From Candidatus Sericytochromatia bacterium (GTDB taxonomy: Bacteria > Cyanobacteriota > Sericytochromatia > S15B-MN24 > VGJW01), in assembly GCA_035285865.1 (NCBI GenBank), contig JAYKHS010000007.1, positions 64,001-128,000 on the forward strand: a stretch of 64,000 bases of DNA, written 5' to 3'. This document shows positions 51,167-60,362 of this stretch, piece after piece. Each line of letters starts with the position of its first letter. Within the stretch, counting starts at the first letter, position 1. Below the pieces are notes generated by a model that worked only from the letters and a program-made list of their open reading frames with translations, made no database searches and was not told where the DNA came from. Made by a program: the position numbers and the translations under genes.

Positions 51167-52466
51167 CCGGTGGGTCGTCGGACCCGCCCTCTTGCTGGGC
51201 TGTGCGCTGCTGTCTCCCGTCGCCGAGGCCGCACCGGACGATACGCTGGACGCTGCCGTCCGTCAGCATGGCCGGGTCCGGGCCGGGTGGCAGAGACTGG
51301 ACGAGGCCCGCGCGGCCGCCGGACAGTCGCTGGCCGCGCTGCTGCCGGCGCTCAGGCTGGGTGGCGATGTCCGCTGGGCCACCCCCGAGGATCACCACGG
51401 TGGCCCTCCCGAATGGATGTGGGGTCCGCTCGGCGATCTCGACTTGCCCTTGCCCCTGCCGTGGACGGTTTCCGGGACCCTGGCGGCAGCATCGGGTGAA
51501 GTCGAGGTGGCGACGGCACGCTGGGCTCAGGACGTCCGGGCTGTCGGCCGGGAGCTGACGCAGGCCCTGCTCGACCTCGGGCTGGCGAGAGTCCGCCTCG
51601 CCGCCCTCGAAGATGCCGAGTTGCGAGCGGGTGAGTTGTTCGAAGCCGTCGGTCAGCTGGAGCGACAGGGACTCGCGACGACGGCGCAGCGCCTCGAGGT
51701 GGCGACGGCGCGGGATCTGGTCCGCGCCGAGCGGCTGATGGCCGATCCCGAGGTCCGCAGGCAGGAGGCCAGGGTCCGCTCCTGGCCGGGCATGCAACCG
51801 GCCGCAGGCCGTTGGCCCGGACCCGCGTGGGCTGCGGAACTGACGCTGCCGGCCACGGCCGACGTGTCTCTCGTGACGGCGCTGGCCCCGGAACTGCTCG
51901 AGCCGGCGGCAAGGGTGCGGCGCGCAGCGGCACAGGGCGAGGTGGCCCGGTCGCGGGTCTGGCCCCGCCCCGAACTGTTTGCGCGGGGACAGGCCATGAG
52001 CTATGCGGGCCAACTGTCCAGCGGCCGCTGGGTGTCCGGACAGGCACCCCTCTATGCCGTCGGCGGGCGCCTCGTCTGGGAACCGCGCGAAGCGCTGGTG
52101 CAGACACTCGCCGACCAGCGGAGCGGGGCTCAGCAGCAGGCCGCGGAAGGGGACCTCGATGCGGCGAGACGGCAACTGGGAGCCGATGTCGCGGCCCGGC
52201 TGGCCGAGGCCGAAGCATTGGCCATCGCAGGCCAGCGAGCCGGCGAGGCGCTCGAGGCCGCCGAAAAGCGCGAACGCCTGCTGCGGGCGGCACTGGGCAC
52301 GGGCCTCGCCACGGTCCGGGACACCGTGGACGCCCTCTCGGGCATACGCCGGGCGAGACAGGCCCGGGACGAGATCGAGGTCCGCCAACTGGCCCTGCGT
52401 CTGGATTGGTGGTGGCGAACCCGCACGCTCGAGGCACTCGTCCCCACGGGAGGAACCTTGCCATGA
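51144..52466 (+). CDS. TolC-like outer-membrane efflux protein (divergent)
   Basis: Signal peptide, LLPALRL, two helical repeats ending in G.AT..., WPRPEL. Confidence 0.65.
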   Translation: MIFRPAISRWVVGPALLLGCALLSPVAEAAPDDTLDAAVRQHGRVRAGWQRLDEARAAAGQSLAALLPALRLGGDVRWATPEDHHGGPPEWMWGPLGDLDLPLPLPWTVSGTLAAASGEVEVATARWAQDVRAVGRELTQALLDLGLARVRLAALEDAELRAGELFEAVGQLERQGLATTAQRLEVATARDLVRAERLMADPEVRRQEARVRSWPGMQPAAGRWPGPAWAAELTLPATADVSLVTALAPELLEPAARVRRAAAQGEVARSRVWPRPELFARGQAMSYAGQLSSGRWVSGQAPLYAVGGRLVWEPREALVQTLADQRSGAQQQAAEGDLDAARRQLGADVAARLAEAEALAIAGQRAGEALEAAEKRERLLRAALGTGLATVRDTVDALSGIRRARQARDEIEVRQLALRLDWWWRTRTLEALVPTGGTLP

Positions 52467-52765
52467 GCCGCCTTCCCGACACCACGCGCCTCGAGATGAT
52501 CCGGGACGAGTGGTTGCGCGCGCTGGGTCTTCCGGCTGGAAGCCTGCCGCTCGACTCCCAGGGCCGTCCGACGCTGCCCGAGCCGCCCTGGCAGGACATT
52601 CTCGCTGGCGATCTCGAACTCTGGCAGGCCCGGTGCTATGGCCTGTACGAGCGCCTTGGCATGATCGACCCCGCCGCCCTCGGCCCGGAGGATGCGGCGT
52701 GCCTTTCCGTCCTCCTGCCCCACGTCCGGACCACTCTGCAGCGGCTCCACACCACGTCCTGCTGA
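52463..52765 (+). CDS. Hypothetical protein (100 aa)
   Basis: ggagg RBS, ATGA overlap with the TolC stop, terminator downstream. Confidence 0.6.
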   Translation: MSRLPDTTRLEMIRDEWLRALGLPAGSLPLDSQGRPTLPEPPWQDILAGDLELWQARCYGLYERLGMIDPAALGPEDAACLSVLLPHVRTTLQRLHTTSC

Positions 52766-52780
52766 ACGGCGCCCCAAAGC

Positions 52781-52822
52781 GCGAAGCCCCGGGGAAATCC
52801 CCGGGGCACGCGGTGGCTTCGT
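52781..52822. terminator. Bidirectional terminator candidate
   Basis: gccccgggg aaat ccccggggc hairpin between convergent genes. Confidence 0.65.
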
Positions 52823-52823
52823 G

Positions 52824-53378
52824 CTACTTCTCGCCGAAGACCTTGGCGACGTTGTCGCTGATGGTCTTGCGGAAGCCGAACTTCTCGTCGAGCTTGTTCA
52901 GGCCGCGGTTGACGCCCCAGCTTACGGCCATGGTGCCGATGATGGCGGGTGCACCCAGCAGGACGGGAGCAGCAGTCAGGCCTACCGCGGTGATGGCCAT
53001 GGTGGCGCCGGTGACGGCGAGACCGGTGACCACACCGTTGGCCGTGCCGATGGCGAGGTCAGCCGCCACGTTGCCGACGGCGCGAGCCGGGGTCTGCTGG
53101 TGCTTGGCGAGGGCCACGACGTTGCGGACCGTGGAACCGACGCCGTTCCAGAGAAGGTTGCCCTTGAGATTGCCCTTGAGCGTGCTGAGCCCCAGCTCCT
53201 TCCAGAAGGACCCCTGGGCGACGGCCTTGCCGGTCTCGCGAACCACGGCGGCGACACCGGGGACCACCACGGCCTTGATGTCTTCCATCAAGGGATCCGG
53301 ACGGGTGAGATCCTTGGGGGCCACGGCCGGACGGACGGCCTTGGGTGCGACGACGGGCTTCAAGCTCTGGACGGCCAT
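52824..53378 (-). CDS. Hypothetical hydrophobic-helix protein, paralogous to the C-terminus of 9781-11007
   Basis: gaggag RBS; GVGSTVRNV...VGNVAAD...GLTAA. Confidence 0.7.
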   Translation of the reverse strand: MAVQSLKPVVAPKAVRPAVAPKDLTRPDPLMEDIKAVVVPGVAAVVRETGKAVAQGSFWKELGLSTLKGNLKGNLLWNGVGSTVRNVVALAKHQQTPARAVGNVAADLAIGTANGVVTGLAVTGATMAITAVGLTAAPVLLGAPAIIGTMAVSWGVNRGLNKLDEKFGFRKTISDNVAKVFGEK

Positions 53379-53476
53379 CTTTGGACTCCTCTTCCTGCGG
53401 ACGGCTGGGTGACAAAGAGGTCATCGCCAGCTCCGCCGCCCGGGATTCTTAAGGACGGCTCAAGCTTCCCCCAAGA

Positions 53477-53845
53477 TCAAGGGGCCACTGCCACGGCTTC
53501 CCAGTGCGACCCGCGAATCGGCCCGAAGGCCTCCACGCCCTTGCCCGCATCGAGGAACAGGAACTGCCCGACCAGGATGAACGCATGCTCGCCTTCCATC
53601 ATGCCGCCGGCCTCGGGGACCGAAGACACGCGCAGCATCCGATTCGCATCCCAGCGCGGGTAGGGACCGAAGCCCACGAGGGCGGCCCCCAGTGGCGGCA
53701 GGGAACGCCTGCGACCGAAGTCGGGGCTGGCTTCGAAACGGACCAACCGGAAGGCCTGCCGGGCCGGTTCGCGCTCGAGCCACGCCGTGCTGCCGCAGGC
53801 AAGCGACAGGCGCAGGTGGGAGGGGGTGGAAACGTTACCGGCCAT
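53477..53845 (-). CDS. Hypothetical protein
   Basis: 122-aa ORF overlapping the peroxiredoxin stop. Confidence 0.45.
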   Translation of the reverse strand: MAGNVSTPSHLRLSLACGSTAWLEREPARQAFRLVRFEASPDFGRRRSLPPLGAALVGFGPYPRWDANRMLRVSSVPEAGGMMEGEHAFILVGQFLFLDAGKGVEAFGPIRGSHWEAVAVAP

Positions 53846-54389
53846 CTTGCCTCGCAGGAGTCGTGACAGGGGTGGGACGAAGATTCGGTGAGGACGTCGC
53901 GGCGGCAGGCGCCAGTTCGGTGACGGCAGCCAGAAGTCGATCTGCCTCCGGCATGCCCTGAAGAACGTGCCGGATCCGGCGATCTCCGTCGAGGACGAAG
54001 GTCACCCGATCGGCCATCGGCATGAACCCCAGCCATCTGGAGCGGTAACGGTCGGCCACCCGCGCCCCCGGGTCGGAGAGCAGGGGGAAGGGCGTGGCAC
54101 AGTGCAGGGCAAATCGCCCTTGCGTGGAGGGGTCGTCGGCGGAGAGGCCCAGCACCTGGGCCCCCAGCGCTCTCAGCTTCGGATAAAGGCCGGAGAGCAG
54201 CTTCATCTCGGCCTCTCAGCCGGGGGTGAAGGCCTTGGGGAAGAAGGCCAGGACGATGGGACGCCGCGGCAGGGCGGAGAGGCGCACGGGCTTCTCGTCC
54301 TCGGCCAGCAACGTGAAGTCGGGCGCGAGGTCCCCGATGGCCAGTCCGGCGAGCAGGACCGCAGCGTGCAACAGCATGCCGCCCATCAT
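53835..54389 (-). CDS. bcp: BCP-type peroxiredoxin, probable selenoprotein (TGA at 54216-54218)
   Basis: GDLAPDFTL...FFPKAFTPG-TGA-EAEM...VLGLSAD...FPLLSDP...RVTFVLD in one frame; start uncertain. Confidence 0.85.
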
Positions 54390-54457
54390 ACCAAGGCCGG
54401 TCAGGAGGTCGCCCGTTTGCCGCCCCGGGCCGGGGGGGCTAGACTGACGGGACACAC

Positions 54458-55501
54458 ATGTTCGTCGTCATGCGCCCTCACGCCACCCCCGCCGAAGTCG
54501 GCGAGGTCATCGCACACGCGAGGGCGATGGGCTACGAGGCACGCCAGATCATCCAAGGCGAGCGCGTCGCGGTGGGCCTCTGGGGTGGACCCGACGGCCA
54601 GCCGTCCGGCCGACTCGCCAGCCTGCCGGGCGTCGTCGATCTGGTTCGCGTCTCCTCTCCCCACCCGCTCGCCAGCAGAGCCCTCGACACGGCGACCACG
54701 CATGTGACCGTCGCGCCGGGCGTGGTCTTCGGCGGCCCCTCCATCGTGGTCATGGCCGGCCCGTGTGCCGTCGAGAACGAGGACCAGTTGCTGGCCGCGG
54801 CGCGGGGCGTTCGGGCAGCCGGTGCGACCGTGCTGCGCGGCGGGGCTTTCAAGCCGCGCACCAGCCCCTACAGCTTCCAGGGCCTCGGAACCGAGGGGCT
54901 CGCCATGCTGGAGGCCGCCCGTCGGGAGACCGGGCTCGCCATCGTGACCGAAGCCGTCGACGTGGCCAGTTTCGATGCCGTCGAGGCGGTAGCGGACATC
55001 GTCCAGATCGGCGCGCGCAACATGCAGCACTATCCGCTGCTGCGCCGTGCCGGCCGCAGCACGCGCCCCATCCTGCTCAAGCGAGGCCTGTCGGCGACCC
55101 TGAAAGAGCTGCTGCTGGCCGCGGAGTACATCCTTGCGGAAGGCAACATGAATGTCATCCTGTGCGAACGGGGCGTCCGGTCCTTCGAGGACTACACGCG
55201 CAACATGCTGGACCTCGCCGCCATTCCGGCCCTGCACGAACTCTCCCACCTGCCTGTCGTCGCCGATCCCTCCCACGGCACGGGTCGTCGATCGCTCGTC
55301 GGCCCGATGGCCCGGGCGGCCCTTGCGGCAGGTGCCGACGGCCTGCTGATCGAGGTTCATCCCGAACCCGGCATGGCCCTGAGCGACGGGCCGCAGTCGA
55401 TGGATCTCGAGGCCTTCCACGCCCTGATGGCAGACTTGCCCGCGGCTGCGGCGTCCGCAGGTCGCGACGTCGCCGGCGGGAAGCCCTCGGCCGTGAGCTG
55501 A
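54458..55501 (+). CDS. aroF: DAHP synthase (class I-beta, N-terminal regulatory domain)
   Basis: AGPCAVE, RGGAFKPRTSPY, QIGARNM, DPSHGTG. Confidence 0.93.
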   Translation: MFVVMRPHATPAEVGEVIAHARAMGYEARQIIQGERVAVGLWGGPDGQPSGRLASLPGVVDLVRVSSPHPLASRALDTATTHVTVAPGVVFGGPSIVVMAGPCAVENEDQLLAAARGVRAAGATVLRGGAFKPRTSPYSFQGLGTEGLAMLEAARRETGLAIVTEAVDVASFDAVEAVADIVQIGARNMQHYPLLRRAGRSTRPILLKRGLSATLKELLLAAEYILAEGNMNVILCERGVRSFEDYTRNMLDLAAIPALHELSHLPVVADPSHGTGRRSLVGPMARAALAAGADGLLIEVHPEPGMALSDGPQSMDLEAFHALMADLPAAAASAGRDVAGGKPSAVS

Positions 55502-55544
55502 ACGGAGTCACCGGGCTCGCACGAACCCGACGCTCCCGAAGACC

Positions 55545-56726
55545 TCAGGGGGCCGAGACCACCCGCCCCGTGACGACAAGGCCCTCGCCCGTCACGCGGG
55601 CTTCCAGACCCTCGAGACGCGGCGCCGACTCCACGAAAGCGTGCCCGAGTCCGCCCACCAGCGAGGGCGAAGCGGCCCCCCCGAGCAACGACGGGTGCAG
55701 GAACAGCACCAGACGGTCGACCAGACCGGCCTCGAAGGCGGCATCCGCGAGCGTCCCGCCTGCCTCGACGAGCACCGAGGCCACGTTGCGGCGCCCCAGC
55801 AGCATCAGCAGGCGATCGAGGTCGATGTTGACAGCCAGCGGATCGCCTGTGGTCGGAACCTCGAGAATCTCGGCCCCTGCCTCGCGCAGGGAAGCGACCC
55901 GATCCTTGGGCGCATAGCGGCTGGTCACCAGCAGGGTCGATGAGCGTTGGCCAGCGATCTGAGGGCGCGAGAGAATCCGGGCACCCAAGGGCAAGCGCGC
56001 CATGCCGTCGATGACGACACACAGCGGGCTGCGCCCGCGGGAGCGGGTGGTCTCGGGCAACACGTCCTCGGCCACCAGGTCCTGCACGCCCAGCAGGACG
56101 GCATCGTGTTCCGCACGCAGGTCATCGAGCAGGGAGGCCGGCGCGGGCGGGCGCTCCCCGATGCTGGTCGCGGTCTTGCCATCGACGCTCATGACGGAAA
56201 AGACCGTGACGAAGGGGCGTCGCGTCCGCAAAAAGACCTCATGGGCCTCGTTGAGGCGGGCTGCAGCCTCTGTAAAGGGGCCGTCCTCGACCTTGACGCC
56301 GGCCTGGATCAAGGCATCTCGGACCTGACCCCGGCTGGCCGGGTTGGGGTCAGGGGCCGCCATGACGACTCGGGCAATCCGGGCGCCAAGCACGGCCTCG
56401 ACGACCTGTCCGGGGGTACCCCCGGGCTCCGTCGTCAGCACCAACGTGGCACCCCGCGCGGCGTCGCCCGCTGCCGCGAGCGCGTGGAAGATGGCGTGAC
56501 GTCCGCCGGCATCCTGCGTGAAGCCCTCTGCCAAGGGCACGCCGTCAAGCAGGACCACGGCCCCGGCCAAGGGTGAGGGGGACGTCCATCCCCGGCCCAG
56601 CTCGGCAAGCTGCAGCGCCCGTTGCATGGCGTCGGCGACCGAAGCCCCGAGACCTCGCCCCTCCGACTCCGTCGCGCTGGACAAGCTTTGCCGTTCCTCC
56701 CGAATGAAGGTACCCGGTCCGGGCAC
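55545..56726 (-). CDS. ribD: RibD-like deaminase/reductase with degenerate deaminase site
   Basis: MQRALQLA..G.TSPSP..GAV, APDPNP, SVDGKTA, VLVEAGG; HAE and both Cys ligands are replaced. Confidence 0.8.
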   Translation of the reverse strand: MPGPGTFIREERQSLSSATESEGRGLGASVADAMQRALQLAELGRGWTSPSPLAGAVVLLDGVPLAEGFTQDAGGRHAIFHALAAAGDAARGATLVLTTEPGGTPGQVVEAVLGARIARVVMAAPDPNPASRGQVRDALIQAGVKVEDGPFTEAAARLNEAHEVFLRTRRPFVTVFSVMSVDGKTATSIGERPPAPASLLDDLRAEHDAVLLGVQDLVAEDVLPETTRSRGRSPLCVVIDGMARLPLGARILSRPQIAGQRSSTLLVTSRYAPKDRVASLREAGAEILEVPTTGDPLAVNIDLDRLLMLLGRRNVASVLVEAGGTLADAAFEAGLVDRLVLFLHPSLLGGAASPSLVGGLGHAFVESAPRLEGLEARVTGEGLVVTGRVVSAP

Positions 56727-56742
56727 GGGCTAACCTCTCGGC

Positions 56743-57666
56743 ATGGACATCGCGTGGTGCACGGACGGCAGTCCGACGGCCAATCGGGCCCTGCGGGACG
56801 CACCACGGCTGCTTCGGGACGAGGATCGGTCCGACCATGTGCTGGTCGTGGTACCCCCGATCCAGAGCACGGGCATGAGCATGACCTTCGGCAGCCCTTA
56901 CCTGCCAGAAGCAACCCTCCTCGAGGCTGCCGAGGTAGAAGGACGACTGCAGCTCGCCGAGGGCATCGGCGTGCTGGAGGAGCAGGCCGCGGGGCGTCTC
57001 CCTGTTCCGGAAGGCCATCTGCTGCACGGTGATCCCGGTGCTGCGCTCATCGCGTGGATCAGGTCCATGCATCCGGCACTTGCGGTCCTCGGCACCCACG
57101 GTCGGGGAGGCCTCGGGCGGCTGCTGCTCGGCAGCGTTGCGGACCACCTGATCCGGCACGCCCCGTGTCCGCTGCTGATTCACCCGGCGAAGGCACCGGA
57201 AATGCCGTCAGCAGGCCCGATCAGCATCCTTGCCGACAGTGCTGCGATGGCCGGTCGGTTGCTGGCGCAGGCCGCCCCCCTGATCCGTCTCGCAGGCCAC
57301 GACCTCGAGGTCGTGCTGGCTCTGCATCCCCCTCCGGGGCCGCTACCGGGCCAGATGCTCGGGGACCCGCTGGTGGACTGGGCCGAGTTGGAGGCCCTCG
57401 AGCATGCGAGGGCACGCGACGAACTGGCAGCGGCAGCGCGAATGGCCGGGCCCGGCACGGCCACCCACCTGCTCGTCGGCCATGTCCCCGACACGCTGGC
57501 CGAACACCTGCGTCGCACAAGACCGGCCCTGGCGGTCCTCGGCACGCACGGACGCAAGGGCATCGAGCGCGCACTCCTCGGGAGCGTCGCCGACCACCTC
57601 ATCCGCCACGCCCCCTGTCCGATGCTGCTCATTCCGGTGCACGCGCGGTCCGATGAGGCAGACTGA
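56743..57666 (+). CDS. Tandem universal stress protein
   Basis: TDGS and two copies of GTHGR.G..R.LLGSVADHLIRHAPCP. Confidence 0.92.
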   Translation: MDIAWCTDGSPTANRALRDAPRLLRDEDRSDHVLVVVPPIQSTGMSMTFGSPYLPEATLLEAAEVEGRLQLAEGIGVLEEQAAGRLPVPEGHLLHGDPGAALIAWIRSMHPALAVLGTHGRGGLGRLLLGSVADHLIRHAPCPLLIHPAKAPEMPSAGPISILADSAAMAGRLLAQAAPLIRLAGHDLEVVLALHPPPGPLPGQMLGDPLVDWAELEALEHARARDELAAAARMAGPGTATHLLVGHVPDTLAEHLRRTRPALAVLGTHGRKGIERALLGSVADHLIRHAPCPMLLIPVHARSDEAD

Positions 57667-57730
57667 GGCATCCGGGCGGCAGGGTGCAGCCGACACTGCC
57701 TCGTCCCCGGGCGCGTGCCATGCTCCCTGC

Positions 57731-58915
57731 ATGTTGCCCAAGGCCACGGTCCAGGCCATCTGTCACGACGAGGCGGCTGCTGCCGTGCTCGTGCCCGTCC
57801 TGCGTGGCCTCTCGCCGGACAGGACGCGGCCCGAGATCGTCAGCCTCCATCGTTGGGGCAGGCGGCGCGGCATTCCGAGCGGCCCCGGGCCCCTGCTGCG
57901 CTCGGCCTTCCTGAGGGCGGCCGGCCCGCGTCCGGACCTGCTGCTCATCCACGCCGATCCCGGCCACCCCTTGCCGGACTGGGCCCAGACGCAAGTGGAC
58001 CGCGAGCGGGGACGCGGCGCCCTCGTGCTGGCCGTCCAGCGCGGCAGTTTTCATCCGCCGGCCCATGGTGGCATAGACCCCGACATGGTCGTCGAGGGAC
58101 AGGTCCCACCGCCGATGGCTCGCCCCGCAGATCCGGGCTGGGATGCCCTCGCCATCTGGGGTGAGGGCTTCCGCGAGGCCCTTCCCGCAGGCAGTCGGGC
58201 CGTTGTCACGGGATCGCCGGCCCTCGAGGAGTTGCTGGCGGCCGTCGACCCTGAGGGGGATGGGCTGCCGGCGCGCCACAAGGAGCTGCGCTTCAAGATG
58301 GCCCAGGCGGTCAATCGCGCCGTAGGCCTCGCCCCGCGAAGCCCCGTGGCCCTGCTGCATCTCGGGCTTAAGCCGCACTGGTGGCCCGAGGCGCGCATCC
58401 AGATCCTGATGGGCACCATCCTGACGACCTTGCGGGACAAAGGCCTGCATCCGGTCGTCTGGCCCACGCCCGGGGAGGACGCCACGGTGATCCGCCTCTA
58501 CCGCGAGGCCGCGTCGGGCATCCTGCCCGCCGGGCTGCCCGTCCTGAAGCCCCGCACCCTCGCCAGCCTGCCGCTCGGCACGTGGCTGCTGGGCAGCCAC
58601 CTCATCCTGACCGGGGGACACACCCCAGGCCTTCAGGCCGCAGCGCTCGGCGTCCCGGCGGTGGCCATCGTGCCGCCGGACGCCCCCTATGCTCCCGACT
58701 TCCTGCACGCCACGGGGCATCCGGTCCTCCGGGATCCGCTCGCCTATCTGGGCGAGGCCCTGGGCTCCCGGATCGAACAGCTGCTCGAGATGCCGCCGGA
58801 CCCGGTGCCGTTCCGCGACTTCCTCGCCCGCATGGACGGTGGATCGTTGCCGCGGCTGCTTGCGGCCGCCTCGTTCCTCCTCGAGCAGGTCACGGGTCCA
58901 AGATCTCCCGCATGA
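57731..58915 (+). CDS. Hypothetical protein, possible GT-B-like fold
   Basis: [23 protein letters not shown] motifs resembling capsule/CDP-glycerol transferases. Confidence 0.5.
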   Translation: MLPKATVQAICHDEAAAAVLVPVLRGLSPDRTRPEIVSLHRWGRRRGIPSGPGPLLRSAFLRAAGPRPDLLLIHADPGHPLPDWAQTQVDRERGRGALVLAVQRGSFHPPAHGGIDPDMVVEGQVPPPMARPADPGWDALAIWGEGFREALPAGSRAVVTGSPALEELLAAVDPEGDGLPARHKELRFKMAQAVNRAVGLAPRSPVALLHLGLKPHWWPEARIQILMGTILTTLRDKGLHPVVWPTPGEDATVIRLYREAASGILPAGLPVLKPRTLASLPLGTWLLGSHLILTGGHTPGLQAAALGVPAVAIVPPDAPYAPDFLHATGHPVLRDPLAYLGEALGSRIEQLLEMPPDPVPFRDFLARMDGGSLPRLLAAASFLLEQVTGPRSPA

Positions 58916-58940
58916 CGCCGCTTCGTGCGATCATGGCGAG

Positions 58941-59345
58941 ATGACGAACCTCTCCGCACTGGGCCAGCAGGTCCCCACCCCGACGACGCCATCCGTCTCG
59001 ATCCTCGAGCGTTTCGACAACCCGCGGCCCGGCCGGGACTACACCATCCGCTTCGACTGCCCCGAGTTCACCTGCATGTGCCCGATCACCGGCCAGCCAG
59101 ACTTCGCGACCTTCACCATCACCTACGTCCCGGATCGGCATTGCGTGGAGCTCAAGTCCCTCAAGCTCTACATGGCGAGCTTCCGCAACACCGGCGCCTT
59201 CCACGAGGATGTCACGAACCGCATCCTCGACGATCTGACCGCGACCGTGTCGCCGCGTGCGATGCAGGTCGTCGGTGATTTCGCGGTGCGCGGCGGCATT
59301 CGCACCGTGGTCACGGCCCTGCACGGCGACCGCACCCTACTCTGA
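58941..59345 (+). CDS. queF: NADPH-dependent preQ0 reductase (type I)
   Basis: [32 protein letters not shown]. Confidence 0.95.
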   Translation: MTNLSALGQQVPTPTTPSVSILERFDNPRPGRDYTIRFDCPEFTCMCPITGQPDFATFTITYVPDRHCVELKSLKLYMASFRNTGAFHEDVTNRILDDLTATVSPRAMQVVGDFAVRGGIRTVVTALHGDRTLL

Positions 59346-59440
59346 CGACGGTCTTGCCGGCGGGACATCAACAGGCCCTTGCCGTCCGCTCAGACTCTGT
59401 TAATATACTGTTGTCTGATTATTTTTTGGAGGTCCAGCCG

Positions 59441-59623
59441 ATGTCTCCCGCACCGCTGCCGGCCCCTGCCGGACTCGAACTCCTGTTGACCCCCGAGAAC
59501 CTGCTGCGTGCAGGTCACGACGAGCTGCCCGTCTACAGCCAGCCGGAAGATCTGTCGCAGTTCACGGACGAGCCTCGCCCGGTCCGTGAACTGCGTCAAC
59601 GCCAGGCATACCACTGGTACTGA
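59441..59623 (+). CDS. Small hypothetical protein (60 aa)
   Basis: AT-rich promoter-like stretch and ggagg RBS before the ATG at 59441. Confidence 0.55.
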   Translation: MSPAPLPAPAGLELLLTPENLLRAGHDELPVYSQPEDLSQFTDEPRPVRELRQRQAYHWY

Positions 59624-59642
59624 CCCGCGCGGAGAGCCCGGC

Positions 59643-60362
59643 TCAGCGGGCCTCGGAGCCCGTCCTGCGCGTCCTGCCCACCAGTGCCGCCACCAGACCG
59701 GCCTCGTCCGGTGCGAGCGGCAGGCGGTCCAGCATCCTGCAAAGCAGCATCGTCTTGGCGCGGGCCGAATCCTCGTCGGTCGCGAGGTAGCGGGCCAGCG
59801 CCCCGGCAAGCGCCCTCCGCGTCGTTTCGTCAGCCCAAGGAACAGCTGCGTGATTCGGCCTCACGGGTGAAGGCTCGGGTGCCGGACGCTCCCGTTCCAT
59901 GGCCACCAGCGTGATCAGGGCCGTGACGGCCTGGGCGAGGTTGAGACTGGGGCCCGGAGCCGGTAAGCGGACCAGCCACGGCAGGTGCGCGCGCTCGGCC
60001 ACGCCGAGGCCCGTCCGCTCGCTACCGAAGACCCACGCGACAGGGCCGGGCACGGGTGCCATGGCGAGCGCCTCGGCCGGACCAATCGTGACGCCGGCGG
60101 GACGCACGTAAACTCTGGCCGTCGTCCCGAAGACCCGCCCCGTGCCTTCGAGTGCCTCGGGCAGGGAGGCCACGACCCGGGCGCTCCGGAGCACGTCTTC
60201 GCCTCCGGGAGCCGCAGCGAGGGCCAGCGGGTGGGTCGGAGCCACTCCCCCCACGAGCACCAGGTCCGTCCATCCGTATGCCGCCATGGCCCGCGCCACC
60301 ATCCCGACATTGTCCGGCAAGGTCGGATGGACGAGGACGACGCGATCCGTCAGCCCACCCAC
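59643..60362 (-). CDS. trmJ: TrmJ/LasT-family SPOUT RNA methyltransferase
   Basis: NVGMVARAM, VFGSERTGL, SLNLAQAV. Confidence 0.85.
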   Translation of the reverse strand: MGGLTDRVVLVHPTLPDNVGMVARAMAAYGWTDLVLVGGVAPTHPLALAAAPGGEDVLRSARVVASLPEALEGTGRVFGTTARVYVRPAGVTIGPAEALAMAPVPGPVAWVFGSERTGLGVAERAHLPWLVRLPAPGPSLNLAQAVTALITLVAMERERPAPEPSPVRPNHAAVPWADETTRRALAGALARYLATDEDSARAKTMLLCRMLDRLPLAPDEAGLVAALVGRTRRTGSEAR

